A stretch of 63,655 nucleotides of DNA, the filler included, from Atractiella rhizophila (lineage: Eukaryota), in NCBI GenBank assembly GCA_021432655.1. It is 39 parts of 39 records of this genome, joined end to end, with 100 filler letters (N's around TTAATTAATTAA, not from the genome) between each part and the next. Parts side by side here need not be neighbours in the genome. Positions count along the whole stretch, not along the records: positions 25,032 to 26,573 come from MU272934.1; positions 26,674 to 28,212 come from MU272935.1; positions 28,313 to 29,849 come from MU272936.1; positions 29,950 to 31,482 come from MU272937.1; positions 31,583 to 33,112 come from MU272938.1; positions 33,213 to 34,742 come from MU272939.1; positions 34,843 to 36,366 come from MU272940.1; 32 more parts are not named here. One strand, 5' to 3'. The position numbers and the translations under genes were made by a program. This document shows positions 24,932 through 36,466 of this stretch, in pieces (positions within the stretch are counted from its first letter, which is position 1; the number at the start of each line of letters is the position of its first letter). The notes under the pieces were generated by a model, which saw nothing but the letters and a program-made list of their open reading frames with translations, was not told where the DNA came from and ran no database searches.

Positions 24932-26261
24932 NNNNNNNNNNNNNNNNNNNNNNNNNNNNNNNNNNNNNNNNNNNNTTAATTAATTAANNNNNNNNNNNNN
25001 NNNNNNNNNNNNNNNNNNNNNNNNNNNNNNNAGCTCATCATACTGAACACAGCACAGCTGCATTCGGATCCAAAGATCCGTACGTACAAATGCATGAAAG
25101 AAAATCCAGACGAATGTGAGGATAAGAAGGGAAGAAAGCTTAGGGCAACTTGATCAATTTGTCAACTTGTAAGACAGAGGAACGAATGCTAGGTAACAGA
25201 AGGATGGACCATCCAGCACTGAAGAACTCTTGTCTAACGGAGCGGAAAAGGGTCTGAAGAAGAAGAGGGGTTGTGGATAAGTTGAAGTTATGCTTCCGCT
25301 TGAGCCAATGGAGATATGAAGTATGAAGGCTATATGATATCGAATTGACGAGTGAGAACATAAAATTCATCCCACCAACTCCAACTCATCACTCCTCGTT
25401 AGGTCGACATGCTAGGGTCGATAAACTTGAGACTCACAGGACTCCTAAGACTCTTTCTCTGATCGTGCAGAAACACTTGGCACTCAGCACAAAAAACTCA
25501 GGAATCTTGCTCTCTTCAAGAGTGAGAGAGCGATGCAGTGAGTGTTCGCCGATGGCAGAGACTGGGTTCCAGAAGCTTGTACATTCATCAAACTTCTTGA
25601 GACTCTACCACACATCCCGAAGATGCATTAGACTGTCCAAGAGTCCAAGAGGTGCATCTTATTCCCTCTGATTTCTTTCGTCTCTTCGGAGAAAACCCTC
25701 CACTAAATTCTTGATAACGAAATGGTGCTGACAGAAGGCACAGTTCGACGCTGCGCCTGTCTGGGCTACTTCTGAGTTTGTCCTACCTACCTTAGAGACT
25801 GAGACCAAATCCTCTCTACTGGCACTACATCACCCTGCACACGATCCAAACCATCCACCAACCCTACCCGCCGTTATACCCGTCTCCACCTCCTCACTCT
25901 CTCTCCACACTTTCCGCACCTCTTTCAGCCTTCTCGTTCTTCTCAATACCTATTCGCAGCGCCCCTCCTCCATCCATCCGAAAGAGACTTCAATCTAATC
26001 GAGATCGCCACCTCTGTCTCCAGCAAGCCGCGCGGGTCCGATTCCCAACCTGCGACCTTAAGCGAAGCGCTCGCTCCCTTGATCGCGGCCTCTCCGCCCG
26101 CCTTCGAGGGGAAGGTAGAAACACGCTGCCGGGAGAGGAAAGAGGGGAGGAGCAGTGTAGGGAAGGCTTGGTGTGCATCACCCAGGCGAGAGTACCCAAA
26201 GCAAAAGGCGGAGAGGAGTGTTAGGGCTGACACTATGTGCGGTTGCTGATAGGCGATGCGT

Positions 26262-26357
26262 CTGTAGTGGAGATAAACCTAAGAGCATGATATGACATGA
26301 AGACTAACCTGTAGTGGAGATAAACCTAAGAGAATACTCTAAGGTCACCTCCACTAC
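26262..26357. repeat. 24-bp direct repeat plus an imperfect inverted copy
   Basis: CTGTAGTGGAGATAAACCTAAGAG at 26262-26285 and 26309-26332, and the inverted-like CTCTAAGGTCACCTCCACTAC at 26337-26357. Confidence 0.85.
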
Positions 26358-26673
26358 TCTCTGATCTATATATACAAGCGGAATAACACTGCCACAAAGC
26401 GTAGAGGAGAGCAGATGAAACATGTAAGAGAACTAAAAGGGAAGTGACAGTGGGATTACGCGGAATTAATAAGAGGAGGATAGGCACAATTGGGCTAAGT
26501 GGTGATGTAGGTGCAAATGGGCGAACGGGCGGCGATTTGCACTGCGTGCAAATAGGCGATGGGAGACGCAGTGNNNNNNNNNNNNNNNNNNNNNNNNNNN
26601 NNNNNNNNNNNNNNNNNTTAATTAATTAANNNNNNNNNNNNNNNNNNNNNNNNNNNNNNNNNNNNNNNNNNNN

Positions 26674-27028
26674 GTATTCCAATCCGAGGAGCAACTCTCG
26701 ACATATGATGGAGATGTGTGCTTCGGAGAAAGGACCAGGTTTTAGCTTGTTGCGACAATGTTAGACGGGAATGTGGAATGAAGGTAGAAGCGCACCAAGT
26801 CTAATCCACTCCCACCAGCGAGATACTCCATGATGATCCACAGTTTATAACCCTTTACGAAACTGCCATAATATCGCGTAACATATTCGGAATCGCACTG
26901 CGCGAGATGGGCGATCTCTTGTTGAATTTCAGAGATGTCATCGTCTGAGTCCTCGAGATGGATCTGCTTTACGGCGACAGTTGTTAAGGATGGTAGGTGC
27001 AGTGCTCGGTAGACGACTCCGAAAGAAC
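26674..27028 (-). CDS. Ste20/GCK-III serine/threonine kinase (Sid1/MST-like), subdomains I-VI; exons 26796-27028 and 26674-26745
   Basis: GSFGVVYRA, VAVKQIHLEDSDDDISEIQQEIAHLAQCDSEYVTRYYGSF and LWIIMEYLAGGSGLDL|LKPGPFSEAHISIICRELLLGLEY. Confidence 0.92.
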
Positions 27029-27265
27029 CTGACATTTACAATTGTCAGCATCAGGTTAGACTCGGAAAAGTCGAATGAATTCTGCTGTCAGTCACACGGT
27101 TTCTGAGGCCGCTTGAAGCATTCTAATCTTCTCTCTGCCGCGTAGAACGGCTGATTCAGTGCCCAGTGCGTGTTGTCATCTTGCAGCAGATATCGCGGTC
27201 GCGCGGAGCTAAATCGAGAACGCGAAAAGAACAGCGTTGAAGTAAAGTAAAAAAAGGTCAATTAA

Positions 27266-27541
27266 TGGCCTCAGGTTGAGCTGGAAGGTCCTTCATGCTC
27301 TGTTAAGTGTGCCTCTCCACCTCGTAGTGCGGGCAAGCTGGACGGTGCACTCCAAGGTCACAAGTCACGCCTCCGAGTGTCCTCCTTCCTCCTCTGGAGG
27401 ACAGCAATGCACCACCTCCACCTGAAGGGTTGCCCATAGGACGAACCCTTAAGCCCTTCATTCGAGCTGAGTAAGATTAAGGCTCACCCGAAGGGCAGGC
27501 GTGTTGCATCCTTCTTGTTCGCGACAGGAACAAGTAGGCCA
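27266..27541 (-). ncRNA. Candidate structured non-coding RNA (~276 nt) in the inferred long intron of the kinase gene
   Basis: TATATAA about 24 nt upstream, complementary ends TGGCCT/AGGCCA, at least five internal helices including a C(UUCG)G loop, CTGA next to the 3' stem, and a T7 tract 11 nt downstream. Family not identified. Confidence 0.45.
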
Positions 27542-28336
27542 CAGAAACATGCCTCCCATTATATATTGTCATCCAGTCCACAACCGAACTTTTCCCACAA
27601 ACAACAGTCCACATCAAGCGGGTTATAGTAAGTAAATCATAAACGAATACGCTCAATGATAAATGACAGAGAAAGTGATGAATGAAGTTTGGAAGTTTCA
27701 CAGAATAACGAGAAGCAGTGGTAACTTGCTGTTCATCTCGCGCTGGAGCATTTTAGCAATCAAAAGGGATGCGCCACATTGCGTAGACGGTGGTTGGTGA
27801 GATAGATTCAGTTCTTCTGCTAAGCCCTCCATGTAGCAAGATGGCCCACTCTGCAACATTACGCATAGCGAAACAACCTGGAAATAACAAATACGGCGCT
27901 CTAATCAACAGCGTGAGGGATTTCACCGATCTGGGAACGCAATTGCTCCTACGCCGCTCAAGAGCAACACACAAGACAAGCTGACGGTTCACACAGCAAT
28001 GGTGAGGACTTATGAACCGCAACTTGGTCCTGTCAGCTCAGAACGGAGGAGAAATTGTATCCATTCCTCGATGAGGATGAGAGAGAAGTGATACACGAGA
28101 AGCTTGTAGCGTGTGTATGCGTAGAGAAAGATTCGGCCCCTATCTTTGCACTGCCTACACAATCGTTCTCTGGATGCGCTGACAGAGCGAAAAGAACACA
28201 TTGCAAGCTTCCNNNNNNNNNNNNNNNNNNNNNNNNNNNNNNNNNNNNNNNNNNNNTTAATTAATTAANNNNNNNNNNNNNNNNNNNNNNNNNNNNNNNN
28301 NNNNNNNNNNNNCTTCTAATGAACACCATTGTTTAG

Positions 28337-29543
28337 GTCTGCCACCATCTCGACAAGTCAATCCGTAAGTTTTCATTTATCGTTCATCTACAAAACTGAA
28401 CCACCGAATAGCTGAGGATATGATGTTTGCGGGTAAAGTGCATCAATTGTCAAAAACGTTGCTCACTCGTGTGCAGAATCCAGGATCCGAGCAGAAACTA
28501 TAGCTGCAGAGGACGTTCTTCACGATACAGGGGCAATATCCATTATCTCTTCGGATTCACAAGCGATGGGTAGGATTGGAGAAGTCGTCGCTCGTACCTG
28601 GCGAACCGCTGCAAAGATGAAAAGCATGAGGTACTGGCGCATTACGCTGCGTTTAAAGGGCTAATGAGGCAATAGAGGACGGCTCGATACGGAGAAAGGG
28701 GGCAAGAATGGGACTGATGGAGCGGATAACGAACGAGTTAAAAGGTGAGAATATTGTCGCCTCCCTTCTCGATATCTGACGTTTGCTGGCTAGGTACATT
28801 GCCAAGTACACAAGTTAGCATTCAGATTCCATTCAGATGAATGAGGTCTCACCATAGTTAAAGTTAACCCTGCAATTGTTCACGGTATCGCACACGACGT
28901 TGGCGACATTGATGTTGGAAAGCTAGCCGACTTGGTCCTTTGGCGGCCAGAGAATTTCGGCGTGAAGCCAGAACAAGTCATTAAGGGAGGGGTCATAGCT
29001 TGTACGCTTCAGGGCAGCAATGGTTGAGGATCTGCTGACAGGACCTGAATTAGGGGCTCAGATGGGAGATGCAAATGCCTCAATCCCAACAGTTCAGCCG
29101 GTTATCTCTCGTCCCATGTGGGGAGCTTCTCCAGGTTCTTTTCACCTCTTATTTTCATTGTTATTTGTCTAACCGCTTCCTCGTAAAGGATCGGCAGCAC
29201 TAAATTCTGTTGTTTTTGTCTCGCAAATCTCTCTAACGAGCGGTTCGAAATGTCTTCTCCTTTCTTTCCTCCGTTGCTGAAATCTGACACAGGAACAATC
29301 GCGAGCTACAATTTGAAGAAGAAGCCGAGTGCAGTGAAGAACTGTAGAACGGTGACGAAACGAGACATGAAGCACAACGATCACCTTCCAAAAATGACAG
29401 TCGACCCAGAATCATTTAGGGTCGAAGCTGATGGGGTACATTGTACCATTGAAGCAGCTACAAAGCTACCAATGACACAGGTGCGTAAGCCCGCTTCTTC
29501 GAAGGAGTCCCTCACGGCCAGACAGGGATACCACCTTTTCTGA
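28337..29543 (+). CDS. URE1: Urease, C-terminal part, about 9 short introns
   Basis: [74 protein letters not shown] and LPMTQGYHLF*. Confidence 0.96.
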
Positions 29544-30616
29544 GTTGTATCACCAGTACTGTTTGTTGCAAATATTTTTGGATCTCTGTCGCGACGAAAC
29601 ATATGGGAAATGTACAATATGAGAATAACGATGGGGTAACTGTGCAACAGCTTTACGGTATAATGTCACATAGAGGAGGAACAGCAATACAGTACGATGC
29701 GAACGTGCATATCGACTCGAACTTTAACGATATCCGTCTTCACTGTATCTTCCTGCTCCCCCTCCACCCCCTTCCGGACCTCTCCACTGGCTAGGTCTCG
29801 GATGTCGGAAAAGTTGTCTTGGTTCTTCGTCTTCCTTCTCCTTGCCATTNNNNNNNNNNNNNNNNNNNNNNNNNNNNNNNNNNNNNNNNNNNNTTAATTA
29901 ATTAANNNNNNNNNNNNNNNNNNNNNNNNNNNNNNNNNNNNNNNNNNNNCTGGAGATGGCGCAGTTTCGGCAGCGGCTGGCAGCAACCCAATTGAAGTCT
30001 TCTTGTGTATTTCTGTATGATCGATCGGATCTGATGTAAAGTTACAGGTGACCTTCTTTCAGGAAGTTAGTTTCCTCACACCGGGAGGAGATGCGAGGCT
30101 GCAAGAGGCTGCAGCATCCTGCTTGTTGTAGCTACATATGTTTCTTTGCGGTGTTCTCGAGATGATTTGAGAATGTGTGTATGCCTCCTGTTTAGGAACC
30201 CTCAAAGCAACCCGCTATTTAAATGCGTTTCATTTCCCAAAACGAAACAAGCAATGCATCCGTCCCACGTTGGTTTTGCTAACTTTCCTTCTCCAAGTCA
30301 CGGTGGCTTTAGACTGGCTCCAATTCCATTTACTGGGGTCTTTCAAAATCGAAACTGTCCGCCTCGTCGGGGAAGACAGCTTGGAGCCCTAAATCAGGTT
30401 CAAATAGTGGCTAGAGCTCTTCGGAGTCTCCAGAAGATCTTGAAAAAGCCAAACTCTTTACATGTTTACACCTAGAGCTAATTTACTCACTATTATCTCC
30501 TTGACTTCGAGTTGACAGAGTGACGAGAATTTGGATCTGATGCTGCTGGACGTTTCTGGGGACGAGGCCGTTCAGTGTTCTATCCGGCTATAAAGTAGAC
30601 GACACCCTGTGTTGAC

Positions 30617-31482
30617 ATGTCAGAGCAGGAAGAAAGAGAGGTACAGAAGATGACAATGATTCCGAGCACGACTTTGAGTGATACTGCTCAATATTATAGA
30701 AATGAGGCTGGAAGAACTTACCACGCGAAAGGAGGAGCTTCTTATGTCTACCCGTTTGTGCTCACTTTCTGCTATTAACAAAAATGACTTGGGGTCTTTG
30801 AAGTTGTGATGAAGGCGAGTATAGGCGGTTTGTTTTCTTCTAGCTCCATCCGGCTAGAGTAACAGGTCTAAGTTGCCAGACAAAAAATATTGCACGAGGT
30901 TTGTTGCTTCCTCCCTCCCAGTCGTGAACTAAACTCGACTTAGGCAATAAAAGCTCGTCTAAGCATGTATTCTTTACTTATTAGATTTATGTGCTCTCTC
31001 AACCGTTCTGGCTAACAGATGGCAGCAATTGGATGTTGGAGATCAGGCTTAATGCTCTCCTTGTTATTGATCCCGAGATAGGAGCGACAACGCTGAAAGG
31101 CCCAAAAGGTGCTCTCGACGTTGGTACTAGATATTTGCTCCATTTTGAGAGTGTTGAGCGGCTAATGCGAGTGGCCAGGTTGTGGTACAGGGTGTGTGGC
31201 TATCGAGCTGGCTGATGAGTTCCCACTCGCCCGAGTGACAGCGTAGGCTTCCACATTCTCATTCTCATTCTCTTACACTTTTGAGACAACTCGCACCCAG
31301 AGCATTTGCTGATTCTGTTCTGTTGGAATGTGCAGTTTCGACCTCGTACCTAGTTACCCGACAGAAGTTCCTCCAAACTGCCACTTCTTGATCGACGACG
31401 TATCGCGAGGTTTGGATTATCCAGCAGTGAGTCAAGGATATCTGTTTCCTACTCGGAGGGGATGCTGAGTGTCATCTAAATC
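30617..31482 (+). CDS. Class I SAM-dependent methyltransferase (LaeA-like/Methyltransf_23), 5' part with many small exons
   Basis: YRNEAGRTYHAK...YVYPCDEGEYRR, motif I LDVGCGTGCVAIELADEFP and FDLVP...VPPNCHFLIDD, with TATAAA at 30588. Confidence 0.8.
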
Positions 31483-31582
31483 NNNNNNNNNNNNNNNNNN
31501 NNNNNNNNNNNNNNNNNNNNNNNNNNTTAATTAATTAANNNNNNNNNNNNNNNNNNNNNNNNNNNNNNNNNNNNNNNNNNNN

Positions 31583-31950
31583 GCCGTCCCTCCTTCCTTC
31601 TCCCACGGTTTCCGTCTCACCTCCGCTGTGCTCTTTGAAGGCTTCTCGTCGCTCAGTCGATCCGGAATCTCCTTGATGCCAGGTATCGGCTCTCCGCGTT
31701 CGATCATCTGCACCAATCGTGCAAAAGAGAGTTTCTCAGGCTCTTCTGTCTCTGGAGCATCCGTTATCGTGCCTTCCACACTTTCTGTAGGTTGCGTTTG
31801 TAGTTGCTGGAGATAAAACGCTTTGGCTCGTGCGATTAGCTCGTCCTTTTCGGAAGGAGATAGAGAGGTGGTAGCGGTGAGGATCGAGGAGATGCCTGAT
31901 TGGAAAACAGGATCGGTTTCAAAGTTATGCGTTGAGGGAGTGGTTTGCAT
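31583..31950 (-). CDS. PEX39: Peroxin Pex39-like protein (DUF5572 + KPWE domain; PTS2 import factor)
   Basis: FETDPVFQSGISSIL...ELIARAKAFY, LSFARLVQMIERGEPIPGIKEIPD and RRKPWE. Confidence 0.85.
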
Positions 31951-32041
31951 TGTAAATAATGTTGGTTGATGAATCTTCGAAGGTGCTCAAGTGGTGGACG
32001 TACTTGCATTCGTTGTACGTGTGAGGTGCATTCATGTTGCG

Positions 32042-33112
32042 CTACTTAATTCGAAGTACATCTGCTTTCCAGGAATTCCACTTGCCAGAAGCACTATCCT
32101 TAACGAAATCCAGACAATTCACGCTCAAACCTGGTCTTGCCTTTTCCAGTCTTTGAATCAAATCGTTTCGATTTGTTGATTCGAGGTTTAACTCATCCTG
32201 ACAGCTTTTAAGCCTTTCGTTGACGCAAGAGAGAAAACATACATCAGTAAACCACACCTCGATGTTCTCAAGTTTGGGAAATTTTCCCTTTTCGACGTCC
32301 CTCACCACAGCCTGGAGCAAGTCAAATCTGTCCTTTGACAACGTCGCCCGTAGTGACAGTTTCCTCAATGCAGGAAAATTAATGCATAATTCTTCATCAA
32401 AATACCTCGTGGTTGGGAATGTATGAACGGATGAAAGCGCTTGAAGGTTGGTCGCTGCTGCCTCGAAAGGTTTCAAATCCTCAAACGCACCGCGATGTTC
32501 AAGTGCAACAAGTTTAGGGAAGGGATGGTTGAAAGGAACCCAGGGCAAAAAGTTGGATGGACAAATGTAAAGATCCCGCGTCGTCGCGAACAGCAGGTCT
32601 GTCGAGACGTCGAGGTAGCAGGAAGCTAGGTGGAGGCAATTTAATGAAAACTCGAGCGGAGCGGTATCAGGGCTCATGTACATAATCAATCTCTCTAGCT
32701 TAAGAGATTGGAGTGCTCGAAACTTTGGCAGTTTTGGGAAGATGTTCCACAACCAGGTTGTTCTGAGAGCCCAAATCTCCTGCGAAGTTTGGCCTTCAAG
32801 ATGCAGCACAGTCAGATTGGGCAACTGAACGTCAACTGGCCTCGAAATATCGAGAAGCGTAAGCTCTCTTAAAGAAGAGAGGGAGGACAGGATCGACCCC
32901 AAATCTACGTTATCTGAGATCGTTGACTGCCGCAGAGAAAGACATCGAAGCGATTGTTGTAACGGTGGCAATGAATACAATCTCGCTTCTTCACCTCCAC
33001 GGGTGTCAAGCACAAGTTTCGTCAATTCTGGAGCCTCTGTTTCGTGAAAAGATATCCACAAAGGACCCTTGTTAGAACTTTGTATGATCAGAGTTTTCAA
33101 GGCGGGAAACCC
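32042..33112 (-). CDS. Leucine-rich-repeat (RNI-like, probably F-box) protein, C-terminal part
   Basis: 352-aa frame with repeated LxxLxL motifs (LTKLVLD, LRCLSLR, LRELTLL, LQSLKLE, LRKLSLR, FPKLENIEV). Confidence 0.7.
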   Translation of the reverse strand, partial: GFPALKTLIIQSSNKGPLWISFHETEAPELTKLVLDTRGGEEARLYSLPPLQQSLRCLSLRQSTISDNVDLGSILSSLSSLRELTLLDISRPVDVQLPNLTVLHLEGQTSQEIWALRTTWLWNIFPKLPKFRALQSLKLERLIMYMSPDTAPLEFSLNCLHLASCYLDVSTDLLFATTRDLYICPSNFLPWVPFNHPFPKLVALEHRGAFEDLKPFEAAATNLQALSSVHTFPTTRYFDEELCINFPALRKLSLRATLSKDRFDLLQAVVRDVEKGKFPKLENIEVWFTDVCFLSCVNERLKSCQDELNLESTNRNDLIQRLEKARPGLSVNCLDFVKDSASGKWNSWKADVLRIK

Positions 33113-33212
33113 NNNNNNNNNNNNNNNNNNNNNNNNNNNNNNNNNNNNNNNNNNNNTTAATTAATTAANNNNNNNNNNNNNNNNNNNNNNNNNNNNNNNN
33201 NNNNNNNNNNNN

Positions 33213-34305
33213 CGAGAGCCTGATTGATGGTCAGTATTTTCATGCGGAGGGTAAGGGACCTCACGCGAAGGGCGGAAATTTTGGCATTTTGTTTGCCGCC
33301 TTTGGCAGTTGATGATGGCGTCACGTCTTCCTCCTTCTTCGCAGCTCCCTTCTTCTTCTTCTTCTTCTTCTTGTCACCCCCTTCTGTGCCTTCCGCTTCA
33401 GCTTCTTCCTCGCCCTGATTCTCTTCTTCCGCCTTGGCATGTTCAGGCTGGGCACTCGGTTCTCCTTGGGGTACATCGTCGTCTAATTTGGCGCCTGTTG
33501 CCTTTTTTGCAGCCGCTTGAGCCTTTTTTCTGGCCTGACCAAATGGTGAGTTTTCTACACGAAGATAAGCGAGAAGCCTGAAGTATCACCTTGTCGCGTT
33601 CTTTCTTTGCTTTCTCCTTCTCCGATTTTGTGAGCATGCGCGGCGCGTTCGTATCCTCATTGATAGGAGCACCGGGATCGAGTTTGGACGCAATCGGGAC
33701 TTTGGCGTCATTCTTTACACCTTCCTCCAGCTTCAGGTCACAAACAGCTGCGGCATGACCGTTCGTGTCTGGAGTCACAGCAGCGTCTGGTTCCTCCTCC
33801 TCGTGAATAACCGTTGTTTCCTTCTTTTTCCCCTTCTTGCCATTTTTCGGCTTGGTTTGTTCCTCCATCCAATCATCAGCTGTAGCTTCAGTTGGTGCCT
33901 TGGCACTTAGATCCTCCTCAACTGCTGCCATTTTGCTCGACTTTTTACCCTTCTTCGGCTTTGGATCGTCGATCAACCAGTCATCTGCAGTAACTTCCTG
34001 TGCTTCCTTCCCCGTAAGTTCCGCTTGAACCTGAGGCTGGCTCTTCTTCTTCCCTTTCGATTTATTCGAAGAAGCTTTGATCACAGACATCAGTCCACCA
34101 AAATCTTCTTCATCATCGTCTGCAGGTCCACCGTCGTCCGCAAGATCGGCAAATGAAAAGGTGGACGTCTTTGAAGGCTCGTATGCGTCAACTTCGTCCG
34201 GTGTTGGCGGTTGTTCGCTATTGCAGAAGCCATGGGTGAAAGTCATAGATGTAGAAGAGAGGCGTACAGCTCGTTCCTCCGCGCTTTCGATGTCTTCTTC
34301 ACCAT
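33213..34305 (-). CDS. FUN12: Translation initiation factor eIF5B (Fun12), K/E-rich N-terminal region
   Basis: EEDFGGLMSVIKAS, EVTADDW..KKGKK, LTKSEKEKAKKERDK|ARKKAQAAAKK and KISAL match the N-terminus of basidiomycete eIF5B. The GTPase domain is not in this contig. Confidence 0.72.
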
Positions 34306-34499
34306 CTTGATAATGATATGCTTTGAAAGTGATAAAAGAGGGTTTATGCAGTAATAAGCAACCTCTCCTGCGCTCGAAGAAAGACTCGGATTGCTCGATC
34401 AGATTTGGCTGTCATGAGTCACTGATTAATGAAATGCACGTGATTATTTGGATCGCGAGAAGCAGAGGTGAACAAGACGCTAAAAGAACAATACCCAGA

Positions 34500-34742
34500 A
34501 TGAGTATCAGCGGCGAAGATGAACGAGAAGATTTTGGTGAGCCTCCTTGCTGATACACTGGACTGTTCATGTGACATTCCTCTCAAAGAGATGTCCTCGT
34601 CCGACTCTCCTCCAAACAGCTACCTCCCACCCCAGCCAGCAATCTCAATTCGAGAATTTGGAGATCGCCTGGGATACACTTACTTCCCCCAAACCAAAGC
34701 TCCGGATGCAGGACACTTGAACAGATATGACAACGACCGGTT
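34500..34742 (+). CDS. Hypothetical protein, N-terminal exons, divergent from eIF5B
   Basis: MSISGEDEREDF, a GTGAGC...AG intron, then EMSSSDSPPNSYLPPQP... open to the contig end. Confidence 0.5.
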
Positions 34743-35094
34743 NNNNNNNNNNNNNNNNNNNNNNNNNNNNNNNNNNNNNNNNNNNNTTAATTAATTAANN
34801 NNNNNNNNNNNNNNNNNNNNNNNNNNNNNNNNNNNNNNNNNNTACAGGATAACCGGGAGATAGGCTGTCGGTTTGTGCAAGCTTGTGGAGTTTCTTTTGC
34901 TGGTTGGTGGGCCTTTCCTGGAGCACGATGTCGTCCCGGTCGAACAAGAAATGGACAACCTTATTTATTTGAGGGTAGTGGCAACCAGTTTAAGACGACC
35001 ATTCCTCTTGAGATCCTTCAGAACCCACTTGCGGCCCATCGAGTTTACATCATTTCACCTCAGTCACTCTCTTCCACTCGAAAGCCGAATGAAA

Positions 35095-36366
35095 ATGGCG
35101 GTTCAAAAGACTTCCAGCAGAAATCGCATCTACACCGCTACAGATGTCAAGAAGCATAATTCTCTCAACTCCCTCTGGGTTACAGTCAAGGGAAAGGTGT
35201 ACGATCTTACAGAATTCGCTCCCGACCATCCAGGTGGAGTAGAATATCTCGAGAAATTCGCTGGTCAGGATGCTACCGAAGCCATGCAGGACCCAGAGGA
35301 GCACTTGCATTCAGACTCGGCCTATGAGCTTCTGGCCGATTATCAAGTTGGAATATTGGGCACTGAAGATACCCTCGTCCGTGACGATATTATTATCGAC
35401 GAGAATTTTGAGCCAGAGGAAACCGACATTCAAAAGGACTTCGAAAAACACCAGTTCCTCGATCTGAACAAGCCTCTTCTCCTTCAAATCCTCAACGCCA
35501 ACTATTCCAAGGAATACTACCTCAAGGAGGTCCATCAGCCTCGACATCTCGCAGGTCGTTCTGCGCTCATGTTCGGCCCATGGTGGATTGAGTGGATCTC
35601 GCTCACGCCGTGGTACGTCGTGCCGATGTTTTGGTTGCCCATCGTCGCCTACCTCTTCCAGTTATCCATGAAGCAGCAAGTGGAGGCGGGAGTTTCAGGA
35701 AATCTGTCAGCGGCATTCAACATCACATTGTACTGCTTCTTTGTTGGAGTGTTTTTGTGGACGGTGATTGAGTATGCTGTGTGAGTGGGTTCCTTTCGCC
35801 GTGACAGGATACCATTAAAACTTGGATGGTTAGCCACCGTTTTCTCTTCCACGTAGACAACTTCCTGCCCGATCATCCCTATGCCTTCACATTACATTTC
35901 CTGCTTCATGGGGTGCACCATGCTCTACCAATGGACCGGTATGTTCTGGACTCAGCGCCGTTGCCCACGCTCATTTACAATCCAGTTATCGCCTGGTTAT
36001 GCCTCCTCCTTTGTTTGCTGTTCTGCAATACCCGTGGACCCAGTTCTTGGCATACAATATTCTCCCAGTGTGGATGGCGAATGGGTCAGTATCACTCCAT
36101 TAATTGTGTCTCACCGCAACCTTTTTTCCACTATCTCATGTCTGGCTCATCTGCTAACGTCGATTGTTGGCACAGCGTGATTTCCGGAGCCTTCGGCATG
36201 TACGTGGTCTATGACACCATGCACTATGCGCTCCATCATACAAAGCTTCCTGCCTATGTCAAGAAGCAGAAGGCTTGGCATATGAAACACCATTGGTTGG
36301 ACTATGATGCTGGTGTGCCTTCTGCTTCATCTTTCCGCTCGATCTACGAAACTGATTGTAGGATTT
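35095..36366 (+). CDS. SCS7: Sphingolipid fatty-acid 2-hydroxylase with cytochrome b5 domain
   Basis: b5 domain (GKVYDLTEFAPDHPGG), HQFLDLNKPLL, VHQPRH, and His boxes HRFLFH, HGVHH, HYALHH and HMKHH. Confidence 0.95.
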
Positions 36367-36466
36367 NNNNNNNNNNNNNNNNNNNNNNNNNNNNNNNNNN
36401 NNNNNNNNNNTTAATTAATTAANNNNNNNNNNNNNNNNNNNNNNNNNNNNNNNNNNNNNNNNNNNN

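Noticed and set aside
27266..27541. SRP RNA, RNase P/MRP RNA or U3 identity for the structured element
   Set aside because: There are only partial look-alike motifs. The SRP helix 8 consensus, correctly spaced CR-I/CR-V and U3 box A are absent.
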